In this document: one piece after another, positions 52,029 to 64,000 of the stretch
How the letters are laid out: each line of letters starts with the position of its first letter
Position numbering within the stretch: the first letter of the stretch is position 1
DNA from: Octopus bimaculoides
Lineage: Eukaryota
Assembly: GCF_001194135.2 (NCBI RefSeq)
Contig: NC_068987.1
Span: 104,516,833 to 104,580,832, forward strand
Direction: 5' to 3'
DNA length: 64,000 bases
The notes under the pieces: generated by a model
Database searches by the model: none
What the model was told of the DNA's origin: nothing
The model's input: the letters and a program-made list of their open reading frames with translations, nothing else
Translations under genes and position numbers: made by a program

Positions 52029-53067
52029 TACGTTTATGTATGTATATGTGTATTATACATACATGCATGTGTCTATAGATATGTAGTTACAGTTATAACA
52101 ACACACACACACACACTTATATGTATGTATATAAGCGTACACATGTGCATGCGCACGCACGGTCACACACACACACACAATTTCATGAACATTACAATAT
52201 ATATTTTATAGAAATTATAACAAGTGTTTCTCGTAAAAAAGCAAATTTTCATAAACTCAAAAGCAACTGGTGTAAGTTCGCGACATAATTCGATCAGTTG
52301 CACGTTTACTGCACGTCCAAACTAAATTGGTTCTCTGTTGTCTTGTAATATATGCCTTCTCAAGCGTATACAATTTATTTTCAAGAAGAATGGATCAGTA
52401 ATCTACTCTTATGTTTCAATGATCAGTGTCTATCGTATTCGAAAGTAGAGCAATGCATTCAAAACTTGTAATAATATAGCTTTACGAAATTGAAATGACT
52501 AACTATTGCTTATTATGATAGCTGTTCCTGTGTGAATAAACTACGTGTAGATTTCAGCAATGATCAGCTTCCTTATTGTTTAGCACTCTAGTAATGCGTT
52601 AGTATGCACTTCATTCATTAGGCATGAAGATAAGGTTTAATGCATTGCTCCAGACAATTCACTACGTCAGTAATGAGATAAGGGTGACACCTAATGTCAA
52701 ACAGCCTGAGTCTTCAGCTATATATTTAACATTATTCTTTTAACATAATTTGAAGTTCTGCTAACAAACCTATTCCATTCCAAAGGAAGTTCTACTACAA
52801 CAACTATTCTATTCCTTTCTTATTGAAGACAAGTTCCATATGCATCTGAAGGTATATATTATTTTCTTTAAACATCTTCAGATTAACAGGTAGTTTTTTT
52901 CGATAGAAATACTGTACACTTGATTTTCTTTAAGATTATTCTAATAACGTGTCATTCATAGTAGTCTCTGCCCTTTAACTGTTACATCGCGAATTATTGA
53001 CCTTTTATTTTCATCTTTAAAGTTAATTAATACGTAATAAATAAATTGGTGTTTAATACATGCACCG

Positions 53068-53280
53068 CACGGCGAGTTGGTAGAAACGTTAGCACGCCGC
53101 GCGAAATGCTTAGCGGTATTTCGTCAATCTTTACGTTCTGAGTTCAAATTCCGCCGAGGTCGATTTTGCTTTTCATCCTTTCGGGGTCAATAAATTAAGT
53201 ACCAGTTGCATACTGGAGTCGATCCAATCGACTGGCCCCTCCCCCAAAATTCCGGGCCCTGTGCCTAGAGTAGAAAATAA
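53068..53280 (+). mobile_element. SINE family B, full length
   Basis: GGCGAGTTGGTAGAAACGTTAGC...GAGTTCAAATTCCGCCGAGG...GTGCCTAGAGTAGAAAA. Confidence 0.9.
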
Positions 53281-53330
53281 TATATGCATCACACGTACAC
53301 ATATATGCATGTGCATGTGTTTCTATCGCT

Positions 53331-53390
<60 letters not shown>

Positions 53391-53585
53391 NNNNNNNNNN
53401 NNNNNNNNNNNNNNNNNNNNNNNNNNNNNNNNNNNNNNNNNNNNNNNNNNNNNNNNNNNNNNNNNNNNNNNNNNNNNNNNNNNNNNNNNNNNNNNNNNNN
53501 NNNNNNNNNNNNNNNNNNNNNNNNNNNNNNNNNNNNNNNNNNNNNNNNNNNNNNNNNNNNNNNNNNNNNNNNNNNNNNNNNNNNN

Positions 53586-53651
<66 letters not shown>

Positions 53652-53727
53652 TGTGTGTGTGTATGTATATACACATACACAGAGGCGCACACACACACAC
53701 ATATATATATACTTCATTTTTTTTATC

Positions 53728-53905
53728 TGGTTTGCTAGATTCTTTATGTGAATTCGTGTGTTGAAACAAATTTAGTTGAAACAAATTTAGTCATACTGCC
53801 TCAATGCCTTAATATCTAACACACTCACCGGTTCATTTTCCACTCATTTATTAGTAATACATTTTTTTCGAAAATTTTCGTTGATTTTACAGCCTTGTCA
53901 ATGGA
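53728..53905 (-). mobile_element. Penelope-type terminal repeat fragment (family of 3689 and 26690)
   Basis: AGATTCTTTATGTGAATTCGTGTGTTGAA and AACACACTCACCGG...AAAATTTTCGTTG are shared. The minus strand has an eroded core TTGACAA-G-GCTG..CAAC-GAAAATTTT. It includes a 15-bp tandem duplication GTTGAAACAAATTTA. Confidence 0.55.
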
Positions 53906-54051
53906 TGTAAAATTTTGTCCGTTATCGGTGCCGCGTTCCTTTCGTGCGCATGCGTTTGCTTGTGTATGCACATATGTGTGTATGCATGTATGTATGTATG
54001 CAATCATGCATGTATGCGTGCATGTATGTATGTATGTATGTATGTTTACTA

Positions 54052-54465
54052 TAGGTACACGGACGGGATGCGATGCTGAATGCACTTTTGATGAAGGATA
54101 AGATGCCGAAGCCAAGAAACCGAACGGACATAATGCCGAATGGACATAAAAACCGAACGGACAAGGTGCCGAAAAGACAAACGAAAATAAAAATATATGA
54201 TAATCATTTTATTCCTATAATATAACCATTTGACAGACTAAAACGTAGAAAAAATAAGTACATAAAACCACTTTTTAAATAGGATTCTTTACTGGATTTA
54301 CAATGTAAACATACAAAAATTATATGATTGAATAGTAATCTCGTAAAATCTTAAGTGCCAAATTGGAGATTTGGCCATTAAAATATGTAGGTAGGTATTT
54401 TCTTTTTTATTATTGTGTTCGTTCGGCTTCTTGCGCATTCGACATCCTGTCCGCGGACAGTACTA
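54052..54465. mobile_element. Foldback/MITE-like element with repetitive subterminal GGACA..GCCGAA units
   Basis: Left GGATAAGATGCCGAAGCCAAGAAACCGAACGGACATAAT versus reverse complement of right GGACAGGATGTCGAATGCGCAAGAAGCCGAACGAACACAAT, with an AT-rich interior. Confidence 0.5.
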
Positions 54466-54620
54466 NNNNNNNNNNNNNNNNNNNNNNNNNNNNNNNNNNN
54501 NNNNNNNNNNNNNNNNNNNNNNNNNNNNNNNNNNNNNNNNNNNNNNNNNNNNNNNNNNNNNNNNNNNNNNNNNNNNNNNNNNNNNNNNNNNNNNNNNNNN
54601 NNNNNNNNNNNNNNNNNNNN

Positions 54621-54663
<43 letters not shown>

Positions 54664-57600
54664 TGCACACACACATACACCATATATATATGCAAAAATA
54701 ATGTGATAGGATATATTTCTGTTAATGAAAAGTTATAATTGTTTGACTTATGTTATCAAATGTATACAAATTCACCGAATTGAATCAACCGAATGAACAC
54801 AAACTAAGTATCTTTTCGTTAACAAAGCACTACCAAAAACGTCATTGTCAAGAGCGATGTAGAAGCATACATTAATAACTGCGAATCAAGCTACAAAAGA
54901 AGCATTCTCCCATGGTCAACGAAAACCCATCTGAAACTCAAATCGTCATTGAACGAACGATTGAATATCAATATCTTTTTAGCGCCTTAAAAGTGATTAG
55001 GGGTGATATGTTACAAGAGGTACAAAATATCGAACTGAAACAGGCGATTTTATTGTAAATATAAGCGTTTTTCCTTAATATATGATAAAACCGGAGATTA
55101 CTGAATAAGTACTGAGTAAACGTGTATAAAACTTTAAATCCCCATTCGTATACCTCAGCAATTGCATTCTAAATCGTTCAAAGCTACGCTCAGCTCTCTG
55201 AATCTTAACAAGAATCATGGTTCTCGTGAATGAAGAGATACAATTAATTCGAAACATGTGTGCCTCAACGTCCTCCTACGTTACTGTGTTGTGTGTATTG
55301 TAAATACACACCATCTGAAAGAAGAAGTTGCTCTCCAAAGACGAAGCACTATAACGATTAACATATTTCCGTTCAAGTACACCAGATCGTGAAATGAATT
55401 CTATATATATCATTGCTTTGGTTCTAGCCGTCTTCCGTGTTCAATATAATCTATTATTTGTACGTTTTGTTTTCTCGTTAATATCTTAGCACCTGACAAA
55501 CAGCCCGTAAAAATATTTAACACCAGAAATTCATTAAAACGGTACATAGATGTGATTATGTGTGTGCTGTCGCTCTACTTGACATTGAGAGCTTGTGTAT
55601 ACTATTTTATATGTACAGAATATAACGCACACATCAATTTGCTTATTTGTTTCAGTTTCATCTTTCTAATACCAATATGTTCCTTTACAAAATTACTAGT
55701 TTTATGTGTTTTCTTTCAAGATTGTTTATTACAGTCTGTAATTACAGTTTATTGCAGTCTGTTTACAGATTGTTTATTATAGATCGTTCATTACAGATTG
55801 TTTATTACAGTCTGTAATTACAGTTGTAAAAATTACTATTCTGTTTAGCTACAGGTTAGCCCTAGTCAAGCAGAGGTGTTCTAGCCTTGCCCATCACATT
55901 TTCTTTGTATGCCAAAATGTGACCTATTGTTCAAGACGGAGGTGTGAGATTTGAGATTTGTTTAAGATGGAGGTTTGAGACTGACTGACGTTTCTAGACG
56001 TGTATATTCTTTAATTCTATATGACGAAAACGTAATTTACTCTTTTCATATTTAAGTCTAACAAATTTAGTAAACTTGAATACATTTTTTTCTTTAATTT
56101 TCGTAGCAGAACGGTTAGTTTTACAATAAGTAATTAATATTTAACGCTTGATTTATCTTTAACAGTTCCTCAAAAGTTACCTATAGTTTAATAGTTACTC
56201 TATAGATATATTTGTAGCTAATATAACCAGCTGAAGCTACAGATGAAGCATAAGGAAGTGCACAGGAAATTGTGACCTCTGTGCATTTATGTATAATTTA
56301 TGTATAACATATTCTGATCGTCTATGCTTTCAATCAAAGTACAATAAGTTGATTATACCCTATATAATAAGAGAATATATCTTATATCAATCCCGTCCAG
56401 CTATGTCAATGACACGGTCTAATGTGGCTAATATAGGATGCACTGTTGCATACCATCATTCGAATATTAATTCAGAACCAACAATCTATATAGCTTGCTG
56501 AATGATTCTGTAACCTGTCGTACTATAAGGTCATTCGGATATTCTGACATCCATTGGGACTTTTGATCGATTTGTCATGTTTCTCCAGTTGGTAGAGAAT
56601 AACATCAACATTGCCTTTCGATGAGGTTATTCCAAAGATTGGCAAAACCAAACTGACTCTTCTGAAGTGGTTTGCAAACAATACGAAAAATAGATAAAAG
56701 TGCTTGGTTTCAATATCAACTTTTAAATAAAGCTATAAACTACCGAAAACACGAAACAAATTACTGAACATGGGTGTAAGTTAACATTGGCTAACAGAGA
56801 AGAGGAAGTGTAAGGCTAAGAAGATGGTATAAATTAAAGTAAATGACTAACAAATGGATCAATAACGCGCTAGCCTGTATAACAATAGCAAGACACGGTA
56901 AGAAAGAATACGTGGAAGCATATATATATATATATATATATANNNNNNNNNNNNNNNNNNNNNNNNNNNNNNNNNNNNNNNNNNNNNNNNNNNNNNNNNN
57001 NNNNNNNNNNNNNNNNNNNNNNNNNNNNNNNNNNNNNNNNNNNNNNNNNNNNNNNNNNNNNNNNNNNNNNNNNNNNNNNNNNNNNNNNNNNNNNNNNNNN
57101 NNNNNNNNNNNNNNNNNNNNNNNNNNNNNNNNNNNNNNNNNNNNNNNNNNNNNNNNNNNNNNNNNNNNNNNNNNNNNNNNNNNNNNNNNNNNNNNNNNNN
57201 NNNNNNNNNNNNNNNNNNNNNNNNNNNNNNNNNNNNNNNNNNNNNNNNNNNNNNNNNNNNNNNNNNNNNNNNNNNNNNNNNNNNNNNNNNNNNNNNNNNN
57301 NNNNNNNNNNNNNNNNNNNNNNNNNNNNNNNNNNNNNNNNNNNNNNNNNNNNNNNNNNNNNNNNNNNNNNNNNNNNNNNNNNNNNNNNNNNNNNNNNNNN
57401 NNNNNNNNNNNNNNNNNNNNNNNNNNNNNNNNNNNNNNNNNNNNNNNNNNNNNNNNNNNNNNNNNNNNNNNNNNNNNNNNNNNNNNNNNNNNNNNNNNNN
57501 NNNNNNNNNNNNNNNNNNNNNNNNNNNNNNNNNNNNNNNNNNNNNNNNNNNNNNNNNNNNNNNNNNNNNNNNNNNNNNNNNNNNNNNNNNNNNNNNNNNN

Positions 57601-57635
<35 letters not shown>

Positions 57636-58127
57636 ATAATGCCGTGCTAGAAACACTGTATGAAGTGAAAGACTGGGTGGTAACAGCTGGATCGTCTTTG
57701 AAAGTAAACTACATTCACAGATAGGCTAATTACCACGAAACTATTGTAAAAGAGAAAAGAGGCATGAGTTTGGCATTGTAGAGAGATTGAGAATATACAA
57801 CAAAACAAAATCGTCGAAGAGAACGGGGAAATGACATAAAAGCGTATGTGTGCATGTGTGTGCATGTGTATACGTGTGCGTATATGTACGTGTGTATATG
57901 TGCGGGTTAACGTACGCACTTTTTATATTACGATATTACTATAATAGATATAAGAAGCGTTTCCATTGAATTCTTTTACATTTAATTGCATGTAATGTAT
58001 TTATTATACGGTAAATATGATGATTGATATTCATGTTTTATATCTATGCAGAACATATACGTGTGTATCTGTGTTGGGGTTGGGAAGAAAAGTGAGTGAA
58101 TGTGTATATGTGCGCTCGTGAGCATGT

Positions 58128-58196
<69 letters not shown>

Positions 58197-59124
58197 NNNN
58201 NNNNNNNNNNNNNNNNNNNNNNNNNNNNNNNNNNNNNNNNNNNNNNNNNNNNNNNNNNNNNNNNNNNNNNNNNNNNNNNNNNNNNNNNNNNNNNNNNNNN
58301 NNNNNNNNNNNNNNNNNNNNNNNNNNNNNNNNNNNNNNNNNNNNNNNNNNNNNNNNNNNNNNNNNNNNNNNNNNNNNNNNNNNNNNNNNNNNNNNNNNNN
58401 NNNNNNNNNNNNNNNNNNNNNNNNNNNNNNNNNNNNNNNNNNNNNNNNNNNNNNNNNNNNNNNNNNNNNNNNNNNNNNNNNNNNNNNNNNNNNNNNNNNN
58501 NNNNNNNNNNNNNNNNNNNNNNNNNNNNNNNNNNNNNNNNNNNNNNNNNNNNNNNNNNNNNNNNNNNNNNNNNNNNNNNNNNNNNNNNNNNNNNNNNNNN
58601 NNNNNNNNNNNNNNNNNNNNNNNNNNNNNNNNNNNNNNNNNNNNNNNNNNNNNNNNNNNNNNNNNNNNNNNNNNNNNNNNNNNNNNNNNNNNNNNNNNNN
58701 NNNNNNNNNNNNNNNNNNNNNNNNNNNNNNNNNNNNNNNNNNNNNNNNNNNNNNNNNNNNNNNNNNNNNNNNNNNNNNNNNNNNNNNNNNNNNNNNNNNN
58801 NNNNNNNNNNNNNNNNNNNNNNNNNNNNNNNNNNNNNNNNNNNNNNNNNNNNNNNNNNNNNNNNNNNNNNNNNNNNNNNNNNNNNNNNNNNNNNNNNNNN
58901 NNNNNNNNNNNNNNNNNNNNNNNNNNNNNNNNNNNNNNNNNNNNNNNNNNNNNNNNNNNNNNNNNNNNNNNNNNNNNNNNNNNNNNNNNNNNNNNNNNNN
59001 NNNNNNNNNNNNNNNNNNNNNNNNNNNNNNNNNNNNNNNNNNNNNNNNNNNNNNNNNNNNNNNNNNNNNNNNNNNNNNNNNNNNNNNNNNNNNNNNNNAT
59101 ATATATATATATATATACATATAT

Positions 59125-59277
59125 CACAGGTTTCGTCTAGTAAATTCACTAATAAGGGACTGGTCCACTCAGGACTATAGTTGAAGACGTTTGCTAAAAG
59201 TGCCGCGTGGCGGTACTGAACACAAAATCACGCGGTTTCAAAGAAAGCTCTTTACCCAGATACCCATGCCTGCGGCT
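59125..59277 (-). mobile_element. SINE family A head, degenerate
   Basis: TTTCGTCTAGTAAATTCACT...AAGTGCCGCGTGGCGGTACTGAAC...CCCATGCCTGC. Confidence 0.7.
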
Positions 59278-60071
59278 ATCAACAATTACTTTATCAAATG
59301 TGTCCTTCCTTTTTTTCTTCTTTTCTTCTTTTTTTTTTTCCTTTTTTTTTTTTTTTTACAAAAGGATTGTTCTTTCAAGAAGAATTAGGCTGCCTATTCT
59401 AGCATGTTGAGTTACCCGCATAGAAGCCACCATGTTTGCCTTTCTTTTTTGCTTTTTTCTTTTTTTTTTTCTTTTTTGTTACGATATGAAAAAAGGAAAT
59501 GCTGTAACGTCCCTTGCCTTTCTCAAAAACTTGAACAGCAAAGAGATAAAACAACATCGGGATGCCTTTTCGTTTGGGCTCCGATTGTATAGAAGAAGAA
59601 GAAAAAAAAGAAAAAGGAAAGAAAAAGAGAAGGAAAATGTTCTTTCTCATCAATACGCTACAACTGCTACTACTACTATTATATACTGCTGCTTCTGTTG
59701 CAACTACAATTTCTTCTGTTACTGCTGCACTCAGCAGTCAACCAATTTTTTGTTCTTTTTTATAAAGGATGCCGACTAAGCGATGTGTATTTGAAGAGTT
59801 AATGTTATTTTGATTAAAATATGTTCTGAAAAAAAACTATTTGGAAGAGGAATAAACGCCGCAACATCCTGTTTTTACAATTCGCTCCGCTTTCAATCTG
59901 AGACGCCATACCTATATAAGAAACCTCTATTTAAATTATCAAATACGAGCTGTCTAAATAATAAGTTGTATTCTTAGCAGTACTTCTTAACGACTGTTAC
60001 TAATCTATTATTGCTTCTGTTGCCTCACCCTTCATGCTTCTTTCACCTTCTGATAAAAAAACATTGCCGCC

Positions 60072-60090
60072 CACCTGCAGCTGACACGTG
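60072..60090. promoter_or_regulatory. Triple E-box cluster CACCTG-CAGCTG-A-CACGTG
   Basis: Directly visible in unique sequence. Function is inferred only. Confidence 0.3.
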
Positions 60091-60990
60091 TTTAGCAAGT
60101 GGGGCTGGGTAGAGGAAAACTTTACCTTTGCTGGTCTTTCCGGCTTAGATTACACGAATCAGACGTAAGAGAAGAGCGACGGAGTGAAAGCACCAGCGAC
60201 ACCTTCAGTTGAAGGCAAGCTTCTAATGACCAGTTTAGTGCTAGTCGAACTAAAAACACGTTCATTGATTTCATTTCTTACTATTTCTACCTCGCCTTTT
60301 CTTTCTCCTTCCTTCAAATCTCTCATTTCCGCCCATTGTCTTTATTTCGGATTCCTGCTCCACCTTTCTTAATCAATGCTAAAGAGAATACACTACACTC
60401 TGGATCTTCATCATCTGCAGATTTCTCTCGCTATAAACTTCAAAATTTCTCTATTCCTCTCCCCATCCCTCATTCTGACTATATGTTTTCCTGTAACTAA
60501 ATCAATCATTTTCTATTCACACGGCTCAGCATTCTGTTACTAATCGTTCTTCAGGATCCAATCCGCCAGTAATTATCCCAAAACAATATCACCGAATTCA
60601 CTATTTCAAATAATTATGGATGGTACCTCTATTTCTATCTACTTCCTACTTTCAAAGACTTAGCTTTCTGTTTGCATTTATTCCCGCCCCGTCTCTATAT
60701 TTCTCCCCCGCTAACACATACAAACGCACATATAAAGCATTTGCACACACTTACACATAGACACAGATATACACATATATGCATATATGAATGCATCTAT
60801 GCATGTAGCAATACATACATACATACATATATATATACATACATACATACATACATATATATATATGCACACACACATACACAGTTATAAATATATAGAC
60901 ATAGATATAAACGTATACGTATATATGTACATATATGTAACCGTATAACTGCAACATATATATACATACATGCATGCATACATACATACA

Positions 60991-61020
<30 letters not shown>

Positions 61021-61024
<4 letters not shown>

Positions 61025-63395
61025 ATAGTGCTGTCAACATCGGACGTGCAGGTGTAGGGGACCGTTTAAAAAGTCCGTTTTGAACGCCTTCTAGAAATAT
61101 GCTAACTTCTCTAACCTAAATCGGTAACTGTTTTATTTCTCCAACAATTAATAAAAGAAAAACATTTTACTCGCCAACAGATTTTAAAATATACATCTAC
61201 ACCACGTGGGATCTCGCCAACACGATTATGGCTGAAACTAGCACCATCACAAATGAAACTAACAACGTGACCACCGATGAAAACAGAACTACTTCGCCAG
61301 TAAGTTATTTAAGAAGACGTAAGTACTCTTCTCTACATGGACTCAACAACTAAATCAAGATTTACTTTGGTGTCTATGAAAAAGCCTTCAATCGGATAGA
61401 TGACGCGGTTAAGACAATACTGGGACGAAGTTCATTCATCCCAACTTAAATACCTTCACGAAGAAACAGCTCCGACAACAAGCTTCTTTTGTGAAGCACA
61501 AATCAACTGGTCCTTGATCCTCCCAAAACACTGAAAATGGATCAAAATCTGTCAGAAGCGGCGTAAAAAATAATATAAACAAATCACCGCTCCCGCCATC
61601 ACTAAATTCGAGTGTGTCTCCAAATTCAGCTGACTCAGTAGCGAAGAGTGCGGAATACATCCAACTCCAAAACATGAAAAAATTTGGCTACTTTCTCGAA
61701 GCTTTTGTTGAGCATCAGACTATTCCCAACAAGAGCGAGAAAAAACCCGACCGATCTAATAATTAAGGTTATCAACGATGTTGCTGGAGAGCACATGGAA
61801 TCGTGTGATGTTAATTACTGGAATATTAATACACTTATATACACAGCCGCTATTACTCTTAAAGAACATCTTGGAGAAATCTACAGGGAACAAAGTAACG
61901 AAATTACTAAACGGAAACAACCTAGATGGAAAACAAAACTTGAAGAAAACATCAACAACGTGCGCCGCCATATTGGATGGTTAACTAGAACAATAAAATG
62001 TAAGGAGAAAAATGAGCCTACACCTCACCAACTCTACCTTAGACAAAAATTAATGAGACTTTCTGGTAACTCTTCACTCCGAACTCTTGAAGGAAAACTA
62101 ATCACTTTAAAATATGAACTCAGGACGATGAGCGAGAAACTCCGCTATCGCATGCGAATCTTTGAGCGAGCCAGTATCAATCGCAAGCCTGCTTTCAACC
62201 CACGAGTATTATACAGAGAGATGAGGAAGCTCCCTGCCAAGAAGATCTACAATTATTCTGGTCAAAAATTTGAAACGAGAAGAAGGATTTCAACCAGAAT
62301 GCATCATGGTTAAATACAACTGAGAGAAAATTCTATACCAACACTAACAGTAAAATATACAAAATTGATGCAGAAACCTTCGCTATAGCAGTAGGCAAAC
62401 TGCAGAATGGAAGGCAGCTGGAAGGGACCTAATAGTTGGATATTGGTACAAGAAGCTGGCATTTTAAAGAAACCAATTGATACGTATTTTCAAAAGGACT
62501 ATGGAAGGTCAGACTGATACACCACATTGGTTTGCTACAGCAAGGGCCAATCCTGTTGCCAAAAATGAAATCATCGAGATGGCAGGAAACAACAGGCCCA
62601 TTGCTTGCCTAAACATTATATACAAACTGTACACAAGTTACTTCAACCAATTCTTCCAGGACCACATCACACTTTCAAGGCTATGCATTTGCAATCCAGG
62701 AACAGGAGATTGCCACGAAATATCTGGTGAACAAGAGAGACAATGACGCTCTTGTAATCCCAAGGTGCGAACACTACCCGCCTATGCCGCACGATGTTGT
62801 TGCTAAAACAGTTTACAATGCCATCCGCAAAGCAGACTGTCCTGAAATAAACTTAGGAAATCCCTCTGTTATGGGATACATTCATAAACACCAACTCAAG
62901 GAATACTGGTGGAATATTACCATCAAAACTTCTGTCAAACGTAAGCATAACAGGCCGGATATTGTTGTTTGGGACAGAGGGGCAAAAGTAGGTACCATGA
63001 TAGAGGTTAGCTGCCCTGCAGATATAAATATCCCTATGAAAATGAAAAGAAAAGAGGATATCTATGGACAACTGCTTCGAAACCTCCAGCTTTTATATCC
63101 AGACTATGAATTCATATTCATACCGATAATAATTGAAGCACCAGATTTTGTTAGTAAATGCTTAAAGGAGAATCTGGATAAACTGAGATTTTGAGAAAGA
63201 GAAACTGACCGGCTGATTCGTACACTGTAAGTGCAATCTGTGAGTGGAACAGTAAAGATATGCAAAACTTTTCTCAAGTTCCAAATGTGAATTTGTCTGT
63301 GTTAACTTCATTCCACAGATGGAGCCTTGTATTTTGATGGAAACCGACTCCCTCCTCAGTGGAAGATTTATAATGATTACAAAATAGAAGAGACG
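61021..63395 (+). mobile_element. R4/Dong-clade non-LTR retrotransposon with both ends present, RT core and zinc knuckle deleted, multiply frameshifted
   Basis: ATG at 61228. Myb-like N-terminus WTQQLNQDLLWC...RLRQYWDEVH...TFTKKQLRQQA; PRWKTKLEENI; RT start WYKKL...PHWFATAR...NRPIACLNIIYKLYT; FAIQEQEIATKYL; RLE HDVVAK...YWWNITIKT...HNRPDIVVWD...IEVSCPAD.N...K.DIYGQL; SGTVKICKTFLKF*. (TACA)n lies on both sides. Confidence 0.9.
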
Positions 63396-63452
63396 TACAT
63401 ACATACATACATACATACATACATACATACATACATACATACATACATACAT

Positions 63453-63660
63453 GTACGTGGAAAAGTAAGAGTCCAGGTCGCTGTAATGGTGGAATAATTA
63501 GTGCGTCGGACAGAATGCCTAGCAGCATCTGTTTTTAATCTGTGCGTTCTGAGAGTAATATTTGTTCCATCTCTGGTACCAAGATGTATCGGTATTGCTT
63601 TTCCTTCGACAATATAGGTGGCGTAGATAGGGATGACTAGCAATCATAGACAACTGTTGA
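63453..63660 (-). mobile_element. Possible 3' end of another RLE-type LINE, tail to tail with the previous element
   Basis: The minus strand gives LVIPI... and KQMLLGIL..., loosely like the terminal vIPIv.G...QK..LLGT..ILR motif. Weak. Confidence 0.3.
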
Positions 63661-63744
63661 TCTTTCCTTGTCCAGGTTTGCGTGTTCGAGATAAACCTTG
63701 AAGCTGCCGATACTCAGACTATTTTAGGCGAAAATCGACATTAT

Positions 63745-64000
63745 CTGTGTGTGAGAGGCGGTGGGGAGAGAAATACGTAGCCCAAGACATAAGAACCCAC
63801 AGTATAGTAGAGGTCATAGTCACTCATAATATGAAAGGATACTGGTGGAATGTCTCCGTGAAAACTTCAATAAAATGTAAACATTGTAGACCAGACATAG
63901 TGATTGAGGACAGAGAACAGAAACCGTCTAGAGTTGTAGAACTCAGGTGTCCAGCGGAATATCAGCAAAAAACAAAACACCTACGCTGAACCAGTGACGA
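63745..64000 (+). mobile_element. Further R4/Dong RLE-domain fragment, running off the window end
   Basis: ORF 63747-63989 reads KGYWWNVSVKTSIKCKHCRPDIVIEDREQKPSRVVELRCPAE, homologous to 62727-63194. Confidence 0.85.

Noticed and set aside
31033-59184. Long ORFs of 200-535 aa
   Set aside because: They are open only because they run through N gaps.
61021-61227. HDV-like ribozyme in the Dong 5' UTR
   Set aside because: It is plausible by analogy with R2/R4 elements, but I could only see one 5-bp stem (CGGAC/GTCCG), not the nested pseudoknot. A descriptor search is needed.

Overview
This is AT-rich, microsatellite-saturated animal genomic DNA from a draft assembly with 13 N-gaps, most of them opening at simple repeats. 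The SINE families and repeat landscape look like an octopus/cephalopod genome (recognised from memory, not from a database hit). I found no recognisable host protein-coding gene, rRNA, true tRNA or CRISPR array. Nearly all ORFs in the track are microsatellite or gap artefacts. The real content is: (i) many tRNA-derived SINE copies from at least 4 families; (ii) R4/Dong-clade non-LTR retrotransposon pieces, including an end-to-end but internally deleted 2.4-kb copy and a 5'-truncated copy, both sitting inside (TACA)n arrays in the same polarity; (iii) Penelope-like element remnants and terminal repeats, several carrying minimal type-I hammerhead-ribozyme-like motifs (the best one at 47084-47128, minus strand); (iv) decayed RTE and CR1-like fragments, two inverted pogo/Tigger-type MITEs and a mariner 5' end; (v) a 105-bp near-perfect palindrome; (vi) an ~8-kb SINE-free block (about 7.7-15.9 kb) with transcription-factor-motif clusters and a candidate 36-nt microexon, suggesting an intron or flank of an unidentified regulated gene. 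Coordinates of degenerate repeats are approximate, to within tens of bp.
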